Shown here one piece after another: positions 9,002-19,500 of a stretch of 64,000 bases of DNA (position 1 is its first letter; every line of letters begins with the position of its first letter). The DNA lies in NCBI GenBank assembly GCA_965243135.1, contig OZ251539.1:1568001-1632000 (forward strand), written 5' to 3'. Source of the DNA: Alphaproteobacteria bacterium. Its GTDB lineage: Bacteria > Pseudomonadota > Alphaproteobacteria > MPNO01 > UBA830. The translations under genes were made by a program, and so were the position numbers. Under the pieces are notes generated by a model. The model was not told the DNA's origin, searched no databases, and saw nothing but the letters and a program-made list of their open reading frames with translations.

Positions 9002-10717
9002 ATGGCGACGAAAATCGCGGAAACCGCGGCGCGGGGATACGCGGATCTGCACGAGCACATCGCGGAGCTTCGCAGGCACGGCCTGCTGCTCGAAATCGAT
9101 CGCGAAATCAACAAGGACACGGAAATGCACCCGCTCGTGCGGTGGCAGTTTCGCGGCGGCGTGCCCGAGGAAGACCGCAAGGCCTTTCTGTTCACCAACA
9201 TCGTCGACTCCAAGGGCCGCAGATTCGAAATCCCCGTTCTCGTTTGCGGCCTCGCCGGCAACCGGGCGATCTACCGGCTCGGAATGCGTTGCGAACTCGA
9301 CGATTTGAAGAACGTCTGGATTCGCGCCATCAACAACCCGGTCGAACCGCGGCTCGTCGACTCCGCGCCTAGCCAGGAACTGGTCTTTTCCGGAGCGGAC
9401 CTGCTGAACGGCAACGGCCTCGACGCCATTCCGGTGCCGATTTCGACGCCGGGTTGGGACAACGCGCCGTATTTCTCGTCCTCCCATTTCATCACGAAGG
9501 ATCCCGTCACCGGCATCCAGAACATGGGGAACTACAGGGGGATGCTGAAAGCGCCGAACCGGCTGGGAATGAATCCCTCGACCGAACTGCGGACCGGCGG
9601 CTACATGCACTGGCTCGAGTGGAAGAAACTCGGAAAGCCCATGCCGGTCGCCGTCGTGATCGGCGCGCCGCCGGTGGTTTCCTTCACGGCGGTTCAGAAG
9701 GTGCCGGAAAGCACCGACGAACTCGCGGTCTCGGGCGGTCTGGCCGGTGCGCCGCTCAATGTCGTCAAATGCGCCACGGTGGATCTCGTCGTGCCTGCCG
9801 AGGCGGAAATCGTCGTCGAAGGCTACGTGAGCACCGAACTTCTGGAGCCCGAGGCGCCGTTCGGGGAATCGCACGGCCACGTCAATCTGCAGGAGTACAA
9901 CGCCTACCTCGACGTGACGGCGATCACGCGCCGCCGGAACGCCGTCATGACGTCCTGGGTCAGCCAGGTGACGCCGTCCGAGTCGAGCACCATCAAGCGG
10001 CCGGCCTACGAGGCCCGCCAAATCGAGCATCTGCGCGACCATCTCGGCATCAGGGGCATCAGGCACGTATCGACGCACGAACCCCTGACGTCGCTGCACA
10101 AGTTGATCGTCGTCGTGGTCGAGCGCGGCGTTCCCCGCACGGAGATCTGGCGGGCGCTTTACGGGGTCGCGTCGCTGCGCCAGGCCGAAGGGAAGTGGAT
10201 CATCGCCGTGAACGAGGACATCGATCCGGACGATACCGATGCCGTGTTCTGGGCGATGTCCTACCGGTCCAAGCCCCACAACGACGTCGAGATCCTCAAG
10301 CACAAGCACGAAGGCCACGGTCCGCGCAGCCTGCTCGATTCCGAGGACAGCGCGGTTCTCGTGGACGCCACCCTCAAGGAAACCTTCCCGCCCGTGTCGC
10401 TGCCGAAGCGCGAATACATGGAGAGGGCGAAGGAAATCTGGGAGGAACTCGAACTTCCCAAGCTCTCGCCGAAGGCGCCGTGGTTCGGCTACGACCTCGG
10501 CGAATGGAACTCGGGGCTGGAAGCGATGGCGCGTCGAGCGGTCAGAAGCGAGTATTGGACCACCGGCCAGATCATTGCCCAGCGCCGCCGCGGCGACGTG
10601 CCGATAAACACGGAGGTGCGCACTCTCGACGAGGGCAATCCCGGCGCGGGCGACGAAGCGGACGAGAGTCTCGCGTGGGACAGGCTGGAAGACGCGTCCC
10701 AGGTCAAGGACGGGTAA
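9002..10717 (+). CDS. UbiD-family (de)carboxylase, copy 2
   Basis: ATG 9002 (MATKIAETAARGYADL), NMGNYR, EAPFGESHG, NEDIDPDD; this is the 3' part of the track ORF 7487..10717. Confidence 0.92.
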   Translation: MATKIAETAARGYADLHEHIAELRRHGLLLEIDREINKDTEMHPLVRWQFRGGVPEEDRKAFLFTNIVDSKGRRFEIPVLVCGLAGNRAIYRLGMRCELDDLKNVWIRAINNPVEPRLVDSAPSQELVFSGADLLNGNGLDAIPVPISTPGWDNAPYFSSSHFITKDPVTGIQNMGNYRGMLKAPNRLGMNPSTELRTGGYMHWLEWKKLGKPMPVAVVIGAPPVVSFTAVQKVPESTDELAVSGGLAGAPLNVVKCATVDLVVPAEAEIVVEGYVSTELLEPEAPFGESHGHVNLQEYNAYLDVTAITRRRNAVMTSWVSQVTPSESSTIKRPAYEARQIEHLRDHLGIRGIRHVSTHEPLTSLHKLIVVVVERGVPRTEIWRALYGVASLRQAEGKWIIAVNEDIDPDDTDAVFWAMSYRSKPHNDVEILKHKHEGHGPRSLLDSEDSAVLVDATLKETFPPVSLPKREYMERAKEIWEELELPKLSPKAPWFGYDLGEWNSGLEAMARRAVRSEYWTTGQIIAQRRRGDVPINTEVRTLDEGNPGAGDEADESLAWDRLEDASQVKDG

Positions 10718-10721
10718 GGCC

Positions 10722-11192
10722 GTGGCCGCGAGAGGGGCGACGACCGCCGTTGCCAGTCTCGGGGCGGTCGAAGCCTTCGGGAAGCCGGACGTTCTCGTCG
10801 ACGCCGCCGCGGTCTTCACGCCCGTCGACCGGGAGGGTTTCGACGAAATCCAGTCGGAGGACGTCGCGACGGCGGTTGACGTCCGGAGCATCCGGCTCGG
10901 CCGTCGCGCCGCGGTCCGGGAGATGGGCAAGGGAGGTTGCGGCGGGAACGGTCTCCGTCTGCGGCGGCGAAAATCTTCAAGGAATCGCCGTATTTTCTCC
11001 ATGCCTCGAAGGCGGCGCTCCTCGGCATCGCGCGGGAAGTCGAGGGCGCGGAATCAGGGTCGGCGCGCCGACCGCGAGCGAAAACGTCAAGACGCGCGCC
11101 AACGGGCGGACGGCCTCGTGGGCGCCTTCGTCTTTCTCTCGGCGGGCGGGTTTCGTCGCCGGCCCGACGGCGGCGGCTCCGCCGCGCGGTGA
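10722..11192 (+). pseudogene. Decayed short-chain dehydrogenase/reductase (SDR)
   Basis: Fragments in different frames: AVEAFGKPDVLVDAAAVF, SPYFLH-ASKAALLGIARE, GIRV, LVGAFVFLS, DGG. The Rossmann N-terminus is missing. Confidence 0.65.
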
Positions 11193-11260
11193 CGCGGCGA
11201 GAAACGGTGCGGGCGTACGGAACGTAAAAATATCTTAAAACAGCGGATTACGGTGCGTAG

Positions 11261-12916
11261 ATGACATACGACATCAAGAAACGAGGCGGGGGTCCGGCCC
11301 GCGCCTATCCCGACTTGCACGATCATCTCGACGCGCTGAGACAGCGCGACCTGCTGATAACCGTCGATCGCGAAATCAACAAGGACACCGAGCTCCATCC
11401 GCTGGTGCGCTGGCAGTTTCGCGGCGGCCTGGCGGAGGCCGACCGCCGGGCTTTTCTGTTCACCAACGTCGTGGATTCCCGAGGCCGCCGGTTCAATATC
11501 CCGGTTGCGGTCGGCGTGCTGGCCGCGAACCGCGACATCTACCGCACCGGCATCGGTTGCGAACTCGACGAGATCGAGGCCGTCTGGAACCGGGCCGTCT
11601 CCCGCCCCGTCGATCCGGTCGAGGTTCGCGACGCGCCTTGCCAGGAGATCGTCTATCGGGACGCCGCGCTCGACGTGGACGGGCAGGGCCTCGACGGCAT
11701 CCCCGTGCCGGTCTCGACGCCCGGTTGGGACAATGCGCCCTATACGACCCTTTCCCAGTACGTCACCCGGGATCCCGACACCGGCGTTCAGAACATGGGC
11801 AACTACCGCGGCCAGATAAAGGGCCGTCGGCGGATGGGAATGAACCCGTCCCTCGAATTGCGGCCTGGCATCTACGTCCACTGGGAGAAATACCGCGAGC
11901 GCGGCGAAAAGATGCCTGCCGCCGTCATTCTCGGCGCGCCGCCGGCCGTGACCTTCACGTCGGCGATCAAGCTGCCCGAAGATCTGGACGAACTTCGCGT
12001 CGCGGGCGCGCTCGCAGGATCGCCCGTCAACGTGGTCAAGGCGGTGACCGTCGACCTGCTGGTGCCGGCCGAAGCCGAAATCGTGATCGAGGGCCTGATC
12101 GACACCGAATACCTCGAACCCGAGGCGCCGTTCGGCGAATCCCACGGGCACGTCAACCTGCAGGAATACAACGCTTTCATGGAGGTTACCTGCATCACGC
12201 GCAAAAAGGACGCGATCCTGACGTCGATCATAAGCCAGGTAACGCCGTCGGAGTCCTCCGTGATCAAGCGGGTCGCGTATCAGCCGCTGTACACCCGCCA
12301 CCTTCGCGACCACCTCGGCATAAGGGGCGTCGTCAGGGTGTCGATGCACGAACCCCTGACCAACATTCGCAAGCTGATCGTGATCGTGTGCGCCAGGGAC
12401 ATGCCGCGGACCGAGATCTGGCGGGCCCTCTACGGAGCTGCCGCGCTGCATCGCGCGGCCGGGAAGTACGTCATCGCGGTCAACGACGACATCGATCCCG
12501 ACGACGCCGACGCGATATTCTGGGCGATGGCGTATCGCGCAAATCCGGCGCTCGACGTCGAACTCCTCAAGCATCGGGACCAAGGCCACGGGCCCCGCAG
12601 CGCCCGCAACGGCGGAGAGGACGCCTCGCTGCTGTTCGACGCGACCCTGAAGGAGGACTTTCCGCCGATATCGCTTCCCAAGAAGGAATACATGGAAAAC
12701 GCCCGGCAAATCTGGGAGGAGCTCGGGTTGCCCGAGCTCAACCCTCGCAAGCCGTGGTTCGGATATTCGCTCGGGGAATGGAGCGACGAATTCGACGCGA
12801 TGGCGCAACGCGCCGTCGAAAGCGACTACTTCACCACCGGCGAAATCATTGCGCAGCGACGGCGGAACGACGTCGCCATGAACACCGAAGTCCGAACGCT
12901 GAAGGACGATGACTGA
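11261..12916 (+). CDS. UbiD-family (de)carboxylase, copy 3
   Basis: NMGNYR, VPAEAEIVIEG, EAPFGESHG, NDDIDPDD..FWAMAYR. Confidence 0.92.
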   Translation: MTYDIKKRGGGPARAYPDLHDHLDALRQRDLLITVDREINKDTELHPLVRWQFRGGLAEADRRAFLFTNVVDSRGRRFNIPVAVGVLAANRDIYRTGIGCELDEIEAVWNRAVSRPVDPVEVRDAPCQEIVYRDAALDVDGQGLDGIPVPVSTPGWDNAPYTTLSQYVTRDPDTGVQNMGNYRGQIKGRRRMGMNPSLELRPGIYVHWEKYRERGEKMPAAVILGAPPAVTFTSAIKLPEDLDELRVAGALAGSPVNVVKAVTVDLLVPAEAEIVIEGLIDTEYLEPEAPFGESHGHVNLQEYNAFMEVTCITRKKDAILTSIISQVTPSESSVIKRVAYQPLYTRHLRDHLGIRGVVRVSMHEPLTNIRKLIVIVCARDMPRTEIWRALYGAAALHRAAGKYVIAVNDDIDPDDADAIFWAMAYRANPALDVELLKHRDQGHGPRSARNGGEDASLLFDATLKEDFPPISLPKKEYMENARQIWEELGLPELNPRKPWFGYSLGEWSDEFDAMAQRAVESDYFTTGEIIAQRRRNDVAMNTEVRTLKDDD

Positions 12917-12938
12917 ACCGGCGGCCCGCGGCGAATTC

Positions 12939-12959
12939 CAAACCCGCCAGCCGGGTTTG
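12939..12959 (+). terminator. Hairpin after ubiD copy 3, possible terminator
   Basis: Perfect 8-bp stem CAAACCCG-ccagc-CGGGTTTG about 20 nt after the stop; U-tract is weak. Confidence 0.3.
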
Positions 12960-13054
12960 CGGCGCCGGAACGCCCCTGCCGGTTCTCTCGCTCGTCCGGG
13001 GCCGATTCCGGGCCGTCGGATTCCGCTTCGGGCGACGACGAACCGCGACGCCGA

Positions 13055-14899
13055 ATGATTCTTTCCTTCTTTCTTCCGGCGGGCGCCGTCCCGAGGCGCG
13101 AGGCGCGCTGGCTGGCGGCGGCGCTTCTCGCGGCGGCGCTGTTCGCGAGCGGAAAGACCGGGGCGCACAGCCACGGCGTCGCCATGCACGGCGAACCCAA
13201 GTACGGCGCGGATTTCCGCCATCTCGACTACGTCGAGCCGCGCGCTCGCAAGGGCGGCCAACTGCGGCGCGCCGTGACGGGCTCCTTCGACAGCCTCAAC
13301 CCGTTCATCGTCAAAGGCGTGGCGGCGCGCGGATTGCATATGGTTTTCGAGAGCCTCCTCAAACGGACGCAGGACGAGCCGTTCTCGCTCTACGGCCTGA
13401 TCGCCGAATCCGTCTCGATGCCGGAGGACCGTTCCTCCGTTACCTTCGCGTTGAGGCCGGAAGCGCGCTTTCACGACGGCAGCCCGGTCACCGTGGACGA
13501 CGTCGTTTTTTCCTGGGAAACCCTGAAGGAACGCGGCAGGCCCAATCACAGGCTCTATTATCGGCAGGTCCGGCGCGTCGAACGGCCGGACGCGCGGTCG
13601 GTGCGGTTCGTCTTCGATTCTCCGTCGCCGGATCGGGAACTGCCTCTGATCATGGGTCTGATGCCGATTCTCTCGAAGTCCTACTACGCGGCCGCGACGT
13701 TCGACGAGACCACGCTCGATCCGCCGGTCGGCAGCGGTCCTTACCGCGTGGAGAGCGTCGAAGCGGGCCGGCGCATCGTCTATCGCCGCGACCCCGACTA
13801 CTGGGGGCGCGACCTTCCCATCAACCGCGGACAGTACAACTTCGACCGCATCCGGTTCGACTATTACCGCGACGGCAACGTGACGATGGAAGCCTTCAGG
13901 GCCGGGAAATACGATCTTCGCCGCGAACACTCGGCGACGCGATGGGCCTTGGCCTACGATTTCCCCGCCGCGGCGGACGGCCGCGTCAGGCTCGAAAGCC
14001 TCCGGCACGGCAGGCCGTCGGGCATGCTGGCCTTCGCTTTCAATACGCGACGGGAAATCTTCGCCGACCGCGCGGTCCGCCGCGCCCTGGCGCATGCGTT
14101 CGATTTCGCGTGGGTCAACAAGGTTCTCTTGCAGGGCGCCAACGTTCGGACGCGGAGCGTCTTCGACAATTCCGAGCTTGCTTCGCGCGGCGTTCCCGAG
14201 GGCCGGGAACGCGAACTGCTGGAGTCCTTCCGCGAGCGTCTGCCAGCCGAATTGTTCGAGAGCGCCTACGGCCCGCCGGGCGGCGAAGGCGGTCTCCGCG
14301 CCAACCTCCGGACGGCGCGCCGCTTGCTGAAGGCGGCGGGATGGAGCGTGCGCGAGGGAGCGCTGCGGCGGACCGCGGACGGAATCCCGATGGCGTTCGA
14401 GATACTGCTTGCGCATCCGGAAAACGAGAAGATCGCGCTTGCGTTCGCGCGCAACCTGAGGCGGCTGGGGGCCGAGGCGAAGGTTCGGACCGTCGACGCG
14501 GCGCAGTATCATTACCGGTTGAACGCCTACGACTTCGACATGATCGCCTACCGCTGGAGGGTGTCGCTCTCGCCGGGCAACGAACAGGCGTATTACTGGG
14601 GTTCCGCGGCGGCCGCGCAGGAGGGAACCCGCAACTATCCAGGGGTGCGCCATCCCGCCGTGGACGAGCTTGTCGAGCTGATGACGAAAGCGCGCCGGCG
14701 CGACCGCTTCGTCGAAATCGTCCGCGCCATGGACAGGGCGCTGCTGTGGGGGCACTACTTCGTTCCCTTGTATCATCGAAACGAGGACTGGATCGCCTAT
14801 TGGAACAAGTTCGGCCGTCCCGCGAACGTGCCGCTCTACGGAGTCGTTCTCGACGCATGGTGGGAAGATCCGGAAAAGGCGGCGGCGCTCCGACGATGA
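13055..14899 (+). CDS. ABC transporter solute-binding protein family 5 (YejA-like)
   Basis: Signal-like N-terminus, HGVAMHGEPKY..F.H.DY, GSFDSLNPFI.KG, YGLIAE, ARFHDGSP, GSGPY, R.P.YWG.DLP.NRG.YNFD. Confidence 0.9.
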   Translation: MILSFFLPAGAVPRREARWLAAALLAAALFASGKTGAHSHGVAMHGEPKYGADFRHLDYVEPRARKGGQLRRAVTGSFDSLNPFIVKGVAARGLHMVFESLLKRTQDEPFSLYGLIAESVSMPEDRSSVTFALRPEARFHDGSPVTVDDVVFSWETLKERGRPNHRLYYRQVRRVERPDARSVRFVFDSPSPDRELPLIMGLMPILSKSYYAAATFDETTLDPPVGSGPYRVESVEAGRRIVYRRDPDYWGRDLPINRGQYNFDRIRFDYYRDGNVTMEAFRAGKYDLRREHSATRWALAYDFPAAADGRVRLESLRHGRPSGMLAFAFNTRREIFADRAVRRALAHAFDFAWVNKVLLQGANVRTRSVFDNSELASRGVPEGRERELLESFRERLPAELFESAYGPPGGEGGLRANLRTARRLLKAAGWSVREGALRRTADGIPMAFEILLAHPENEKIALAFARNLRRLGAEAKVRTVDAAQYHYRLNAYDFDMIAYRWRVSLSPGNEQAYYWGSAAAAQEGTRNYPGVRHPAVDELVELMTKARRRDRFVEIVRAMDRALLWGHYFVPLYHRNEDWIAYWNKFGRPANVPLYGVVLDAWWEDPEKAAALRR

Positions 14900-15497
14900 C
14901 GGCGGGAAGGCCCCGGCTTCTCGCGATTCCCGCGGCGCTGGGCGGGGCGAGGCAGCGCCTCGTAGGCGGAGCCGTTCGACCGGAAATGCCCATGGATACG
15001 AAATACGCTCAGGAACTGCACGGTTGCCGACGCCTATCCGGCGACGCTCAAAGAAGAATGGGCGGCGAAGCTGGCAACTGCGAGGCACCGCTCGCCGATC
15101 AGCCCGGCATTCGTTTCCCACTGCCTCAACCGCATCCGCGATCCGACACGATCATCGTTCGCGAATCGCCGCTGATGCAGGAATACGTCGACACGCAACT
15201 GCCGGGAACCATGCTTAATGCGGGATCCGCCTCCGGTCTCGGCCACGGCATGGGCGTCGCGCTTGGCGCGAAGCTTGCGGCAGCCGACAGGTTGGTGATC
15301 GGAACGGAAGGGATGGCCCCTATATGTTTAACGCTCACGTCTCTTGCCATTATGCCGCTGCGGAGCACCTGCCGATTCTCTGGGTGATCTTCAACCATGG
15401 ACAGCGGCAGGCCGTGCATCGTGCGACGATGGGGCTGAACCCGGACGGGTTTGCCGCGAAGGCGAACAGCCAACCGCTTACATATTTCACGGTTGAG
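14896..15497 (+). pseudogene. Fragmented C-terminus of a ThDP-dependent enzyme
   Basis: SGLGHGMGVALGAKLAAADRLVIGTEG, then a frameshift in the GDG motif, then MFN...LPILWVIFNHG..QAVHRAT..P.G.A. Homology stops at about 15497 where the AT-richer island begins. Confidence 0.65.
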
Positions 15498-15580
15498 CGG
15501 TTCTTGGTCATGCCTATCCTTGACAGTCCAGAACCAAAGCCTTATGTTCATTGCATGTTCTCTTACAGGAGGCCATCGAA

Positions 15581-15739
15581 ATGGCAGTCGAGCATGTATC
15601 CCGCTTGCGCGGTTTCGACAGCGGCGCGTTCCGCGAAGCTTGGGACACTTGGCGGATGAAATCGAACGTCATGTTTGACGATGATAGCGCCCAAGTATTG
15701 AACTTGGCGTTTACCGGTGTATCAGGAGAGTGCCGGTGA
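15581..15739 (+). CDS. Small ORF (52 aa), or remnant of a larger upstream gene
   Basis: AGGAGG at 15567-15572, 8 nt before the ATG; its TGA overlaps the GTG at 15736 of the next gene. Confidence 0.4.
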   Translation: MAVEHVSRLRGFDSGAFREAWDTWRMKSNVMFDDDSAQVLNLAFTGVSGECR

Positions 15740-16533
15740 CCGTGGCTTCGGGTAAGCTCGTTTACGATATAGGAAGGGATCCATGTTCCGGGGCTGGCTA
15801 TAAATGGTCGAACGAAGAGTTGGAGGCTGCCGTTGACGGTCGGGTCGAGGCCATTCTGTTCGACGATGAAGGAATGGCAAATATCGAGGAAATTTTCGCA
15901 GACTTGGTTGACACCGAATTTGCTCAGCAAGGTCTCAAACGCGTTCTAGGGTCCCGTAGTGTGGTCGAGGATTGGCGCGTGGGCGAGGCGATTGCCGAAA
16001 GCTATCTGAGCGAACATCGTTCTTGCTGCTTTCCATGGCCGGACGGACGCGATGCACGAAAGAGTGGATCAAGCTTGCCGGGTGCCGATCTCGTAGGTCT
16101 GGGGAGCGACGACCATGGCGATTGCCTCGCTTTCGGAGAAGTGAAGACGTCCAGTGACCGCAACTATCCACCGGGTAGAATGTACGGGCCTACAGGATTG
16201 AAGCGACAGCTTGAAAATCTGAGAGACAACGAAGATATTCGCGATAATATTTTAAGGTATCTCGCCCACCGGGCCGGGAAAGCCAAATGGCGACCGCAAT
16301 TTGAAAATGCCGGAAAAAGATACCTAAAAAACAAATCAGACGTACAGATTTACGGGTTCCTCGTACGCGATGTCAAACCGCATGCGAACGATCTTAGGGC
16401 TCGTGTTCTGGAGCTTGCCAAGGATTGTCCGGCACTGATGAAAATCGAGCTTGTTGCGCTTTATCTTCCTGAAGGTAGCATTGATGGTATTGGAAAAACT
16501 GTGATTTCGAGACGGGGAGGGAGTGCCCCGTGA
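15736..16533 (+). CDS. HamA-like PD-(D/E)XK nuclease
   Basis: GEAIAE...SLPGADLVG...FGEVKTS catalytic E/D/ExK pattern; AGGAG SD (start 15730 or 15736); GTGA-coupled to the helicase. Confidence 0.75.
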   Translation: MTVASGKLVYDIGRDPCSGAGYKWSNEELEAAVDGRVEAILFDDEGMANIEEIFADLVDTEFAQQGLKRVLGSRSVVEDWRVGEAIAESYLSEHRSCCFPWPDGRDARKSGSSLPGADLVGLGSDDHGDCLAFGEVKTSSDRNYPPGRMYGPTGLKRQLENLRDNEDIRDNILRYLAHRAGKAKWRPQFENAGKRYLKNKSDVQIYGFLVRDVKPHANDLRARVLELAKDCPALMKIELVALYLPEGSIDGIGKTVISRRGGSAP

Positions 16534-19500
16534 GCCTGTCTAATGCAGGACTGGATGCGCTCAACAAACATTGGGCGGTTGCAGCAATCGGGGCAGAAGA
16601 GCTGGCGCGCGCTGCGAATCTTGTCAACGAACGGTTGGCGCGTCGAGCGCTCGGCAAGCAGATTAGTTTTGCCTTTGAAGATGATCCGGAAGATGAACCG
16701 TTTCTGGAGCGAGTGGCCCTTGCTTACGAACTTGCGGCTATCGAAGGGCTGGACGAATTGAGCCGCCCTGCAGGGGAGAACGCGCTTTTACGCCAGCAGG
16801 CCGCCGCAGCCTCGTTTCGGGCCTTCGATATTCGTCGTCTTTTGTCCATACCTGTGCACACGGATGAACGCCTGTTTTTCGTTCTACAGCTCTCCGCGGT
16901 CGCCTATTGCGGTGATCGATGGTCGGATTTACGCCGTTGGTTCAAGGAGCAGAAAGCGGTGCAGAAGGCCCCGAGCGTTGCTGATGTACCGTGGGATCGC
17001 AGACTTTTATATCGGCTGTTCGATTGTTGGAGTCGGCTGTTCCGCAAAGATGGGTGGGATGATCTGGACCGTATTCGTGAGATCATTGCCGGATTACGCA
17101 ACGATCAGACGAATTACGAGGAAGATCGGCTTAGGAATGGATCGGAAACGCTTGATCGGGCCATCGCTCTGCGGTTAGCGGCACTCTATAACTGGGCCAA
17201 GGCCACTGAAATCCTTGCGAACTATATGCTTCACGGTGAACCGGTCAATCCTTTTGGTAATCTTGATAAGCATTTCGAGTCCGGAATAAAGGCTGCAGCT
17301 GCTTCTTGCGATGCGCAGCACGAAGTGGTGTTGAGATGGCTTCACGCTTCGGCACGCATTATGATCACCAATTCGCTTTGGTGGGCCACGCGGACGGTGA
17401 ACTCCCGCACATCGGAATTCGTGCGTTCTCTTACGCGCCGCCAACACAAAGCTATGTTTGAACTATTACCTCCGCAACGTGCTGCTCTGCTGGAACAAGG
17501 ACTTCTTGATCAGGCGAAGACAGCTATCGTGATTGACATGCCTACTTCCGGTGGCAAGACGCTGTTGGCTCAGTTCCGGATGCTTCAGGCGTTGAATCAG
17601 TTTAGAGCCGAAAATGGTTGGGTTGTCTATGTCACGCCTACCCGTACTCTGTCTGCACAAATTACCAGACGCTTGAGAAAAGATTTTGAGCCGATCGGAT
17701 TGCGCGTGGAACAATTAACTGCGGCCGTTGAAGTTGACGCCTTTGAAGAGCGTCTTCTGACGGATGAAATGCATCCGTTCGATATCCTCGTTGCAACTCC
17801 GGAAAAATTGTCTCTCGTTATTCGAAACAAAAAGGTTGATCGACCTCTTGCCCTTGTGGTGATGGACGAAGCACATAATATCGAATCCGAAGGTCGGGGT
17901 TTGCGTATTGAGTTTCTGCTTGCGACGGTCAAGCAGGATTGTTCGCAGGCGAATTTTCTTCTGTTGATGCCTTATGTGGAACAGTCGGATTCGGTTGCGC
18001 GCTGGTTGGCGCACGATGTCAATTCTGGGCGCGCGATCAGTCTGAGCACCGTTCCCTGGAAACCCAACGAACGCATAATTGGGCTGTACAAGGTGACTGC
18101 CGATGACAGTGAACGAGCCGGCTGGCGTCTCAATTTCGAAACGCTCACTGCAACCGAAAAGGCTATGCCCCTTCACGGAATTCACTGCGTCGACGGCGTG
18201 AAACCTCTCAATGTGCCAAAGAGTCGGGTGCTCGGCAAAGGAGAGCAACGAGGGCGATGGCTTCAGACGGCGGCGATTGGCGCGGTGATGTCCGCCCGTG
18301 GCGGCACGAGCATCACCGTTGCGAACAAGATTTCAACCGTCTGGAAAATGGCGAGCGAGGCTGCGCGAAGCTTTTCGAAATTGGAAAACGCGGATATTCG
18401 GCTCGTTCAGAATTTTTTGCGTACCGAAATAAGTCCGGATTTCGAGCTCATAGGCATGTTGGAGAAGGGAGTAGGCGTTCATCATGCCGGACTTTCCGAT
18501 GATGTTCGAGCTTTAATGGAATGGCTGGCGGAGACAGGCAAACTGCGGTTGCTTTGCGCCACGTCAACTATTGCACAAGGCATCGACTACCCTGTTTCCT
18601 CGGTCTTTCTGTCGTCGCGGTTTGTTCCGAGGGGACGAAGGTCCGTAGAGATCACCTCCAGAGAGTTCTGGAATCTAGCGGGGCGTGCGGGACGCCTTGA
18701 TCATGACAGTGTGGGCGTTGTCGGATTGTGCGAAGGAAGTGATCGCGATGCGCTGATTGAGTTTGTGAGCAGGAGTACCGGTGCGCTGGTTTCTCGTTTG
18801 GTGGTGCTGCTGGACGAACTTGCTAGTCAAGGGGAACTGGCAAATTTGTCTCAGGTTCTGTGGAAAGATCAATGGGAGGATTTTCGATGTTATATCGCCC
18901 ATCTTTGGGCGGAGAAAAAGAATTTAGATGCCGTTCTCGCGGACTCGGAACAGCTTCTCAGGCAAACCTACGGTTATACTTCCATGCGCAACAATCCCGC
19001 GGAGAGAGAAAAAGCGGACGCCCTGCTTCGCGCAACTAAAAGTTACGCTGAAAACCTTGCCGGCATGTCGGAAGGCATCGTGGATCTTGCCGATTCAACG
19101 GGCTTTTCTCCTGAAGGCGTTACGAAAGCGATGCGTGGGCTGCGTAACCTCGAAACCAAACTCGAAACTTCAGACTGGGCACCCGAAAGCCTCTTTGGAA
19201 ATGGCGGCAAAATCGCAGATTTATTCGGCGTCATGCTTCAAGTTCCGCAACTCAAGGCACTTGGAGAGCTCCACCATCTCGGCTCCGATGGAACCCGCAT
19301 ATCCGACATAGCCAGAGATTGGGTGAACGGAAAGAGCATCCAAACGATTGCGAGAGACTATTTCAGTGGCGACCAAGATGATGAGTTGAGTACGACCGCC
19401 CTGACCGATGCTTGCAGGGCGATTTATAGAACGATTGTCAATAACGGGACATGGGGTGTTTCAGCTCTCTGCCGCGTATCTGGAATCGACTTCGATACCC

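Noticed and set aside
7487-10717. 1076-aa ORF suggesting a fused UbiD
   Set aside because: The first 505 codons are an off-frame read of ubiD1; the real gene starts at 9002.
11087-15121. Very long antisense or alternative-frame ORFs (e.g. 11087..15121 -, 31542..34454 -, 44525..47503 +, 61553..63556 -)
   Set aside because: Shadow frames of real genes in high-GC DNA; Arg/Gly/Pro-rich with no motifs.
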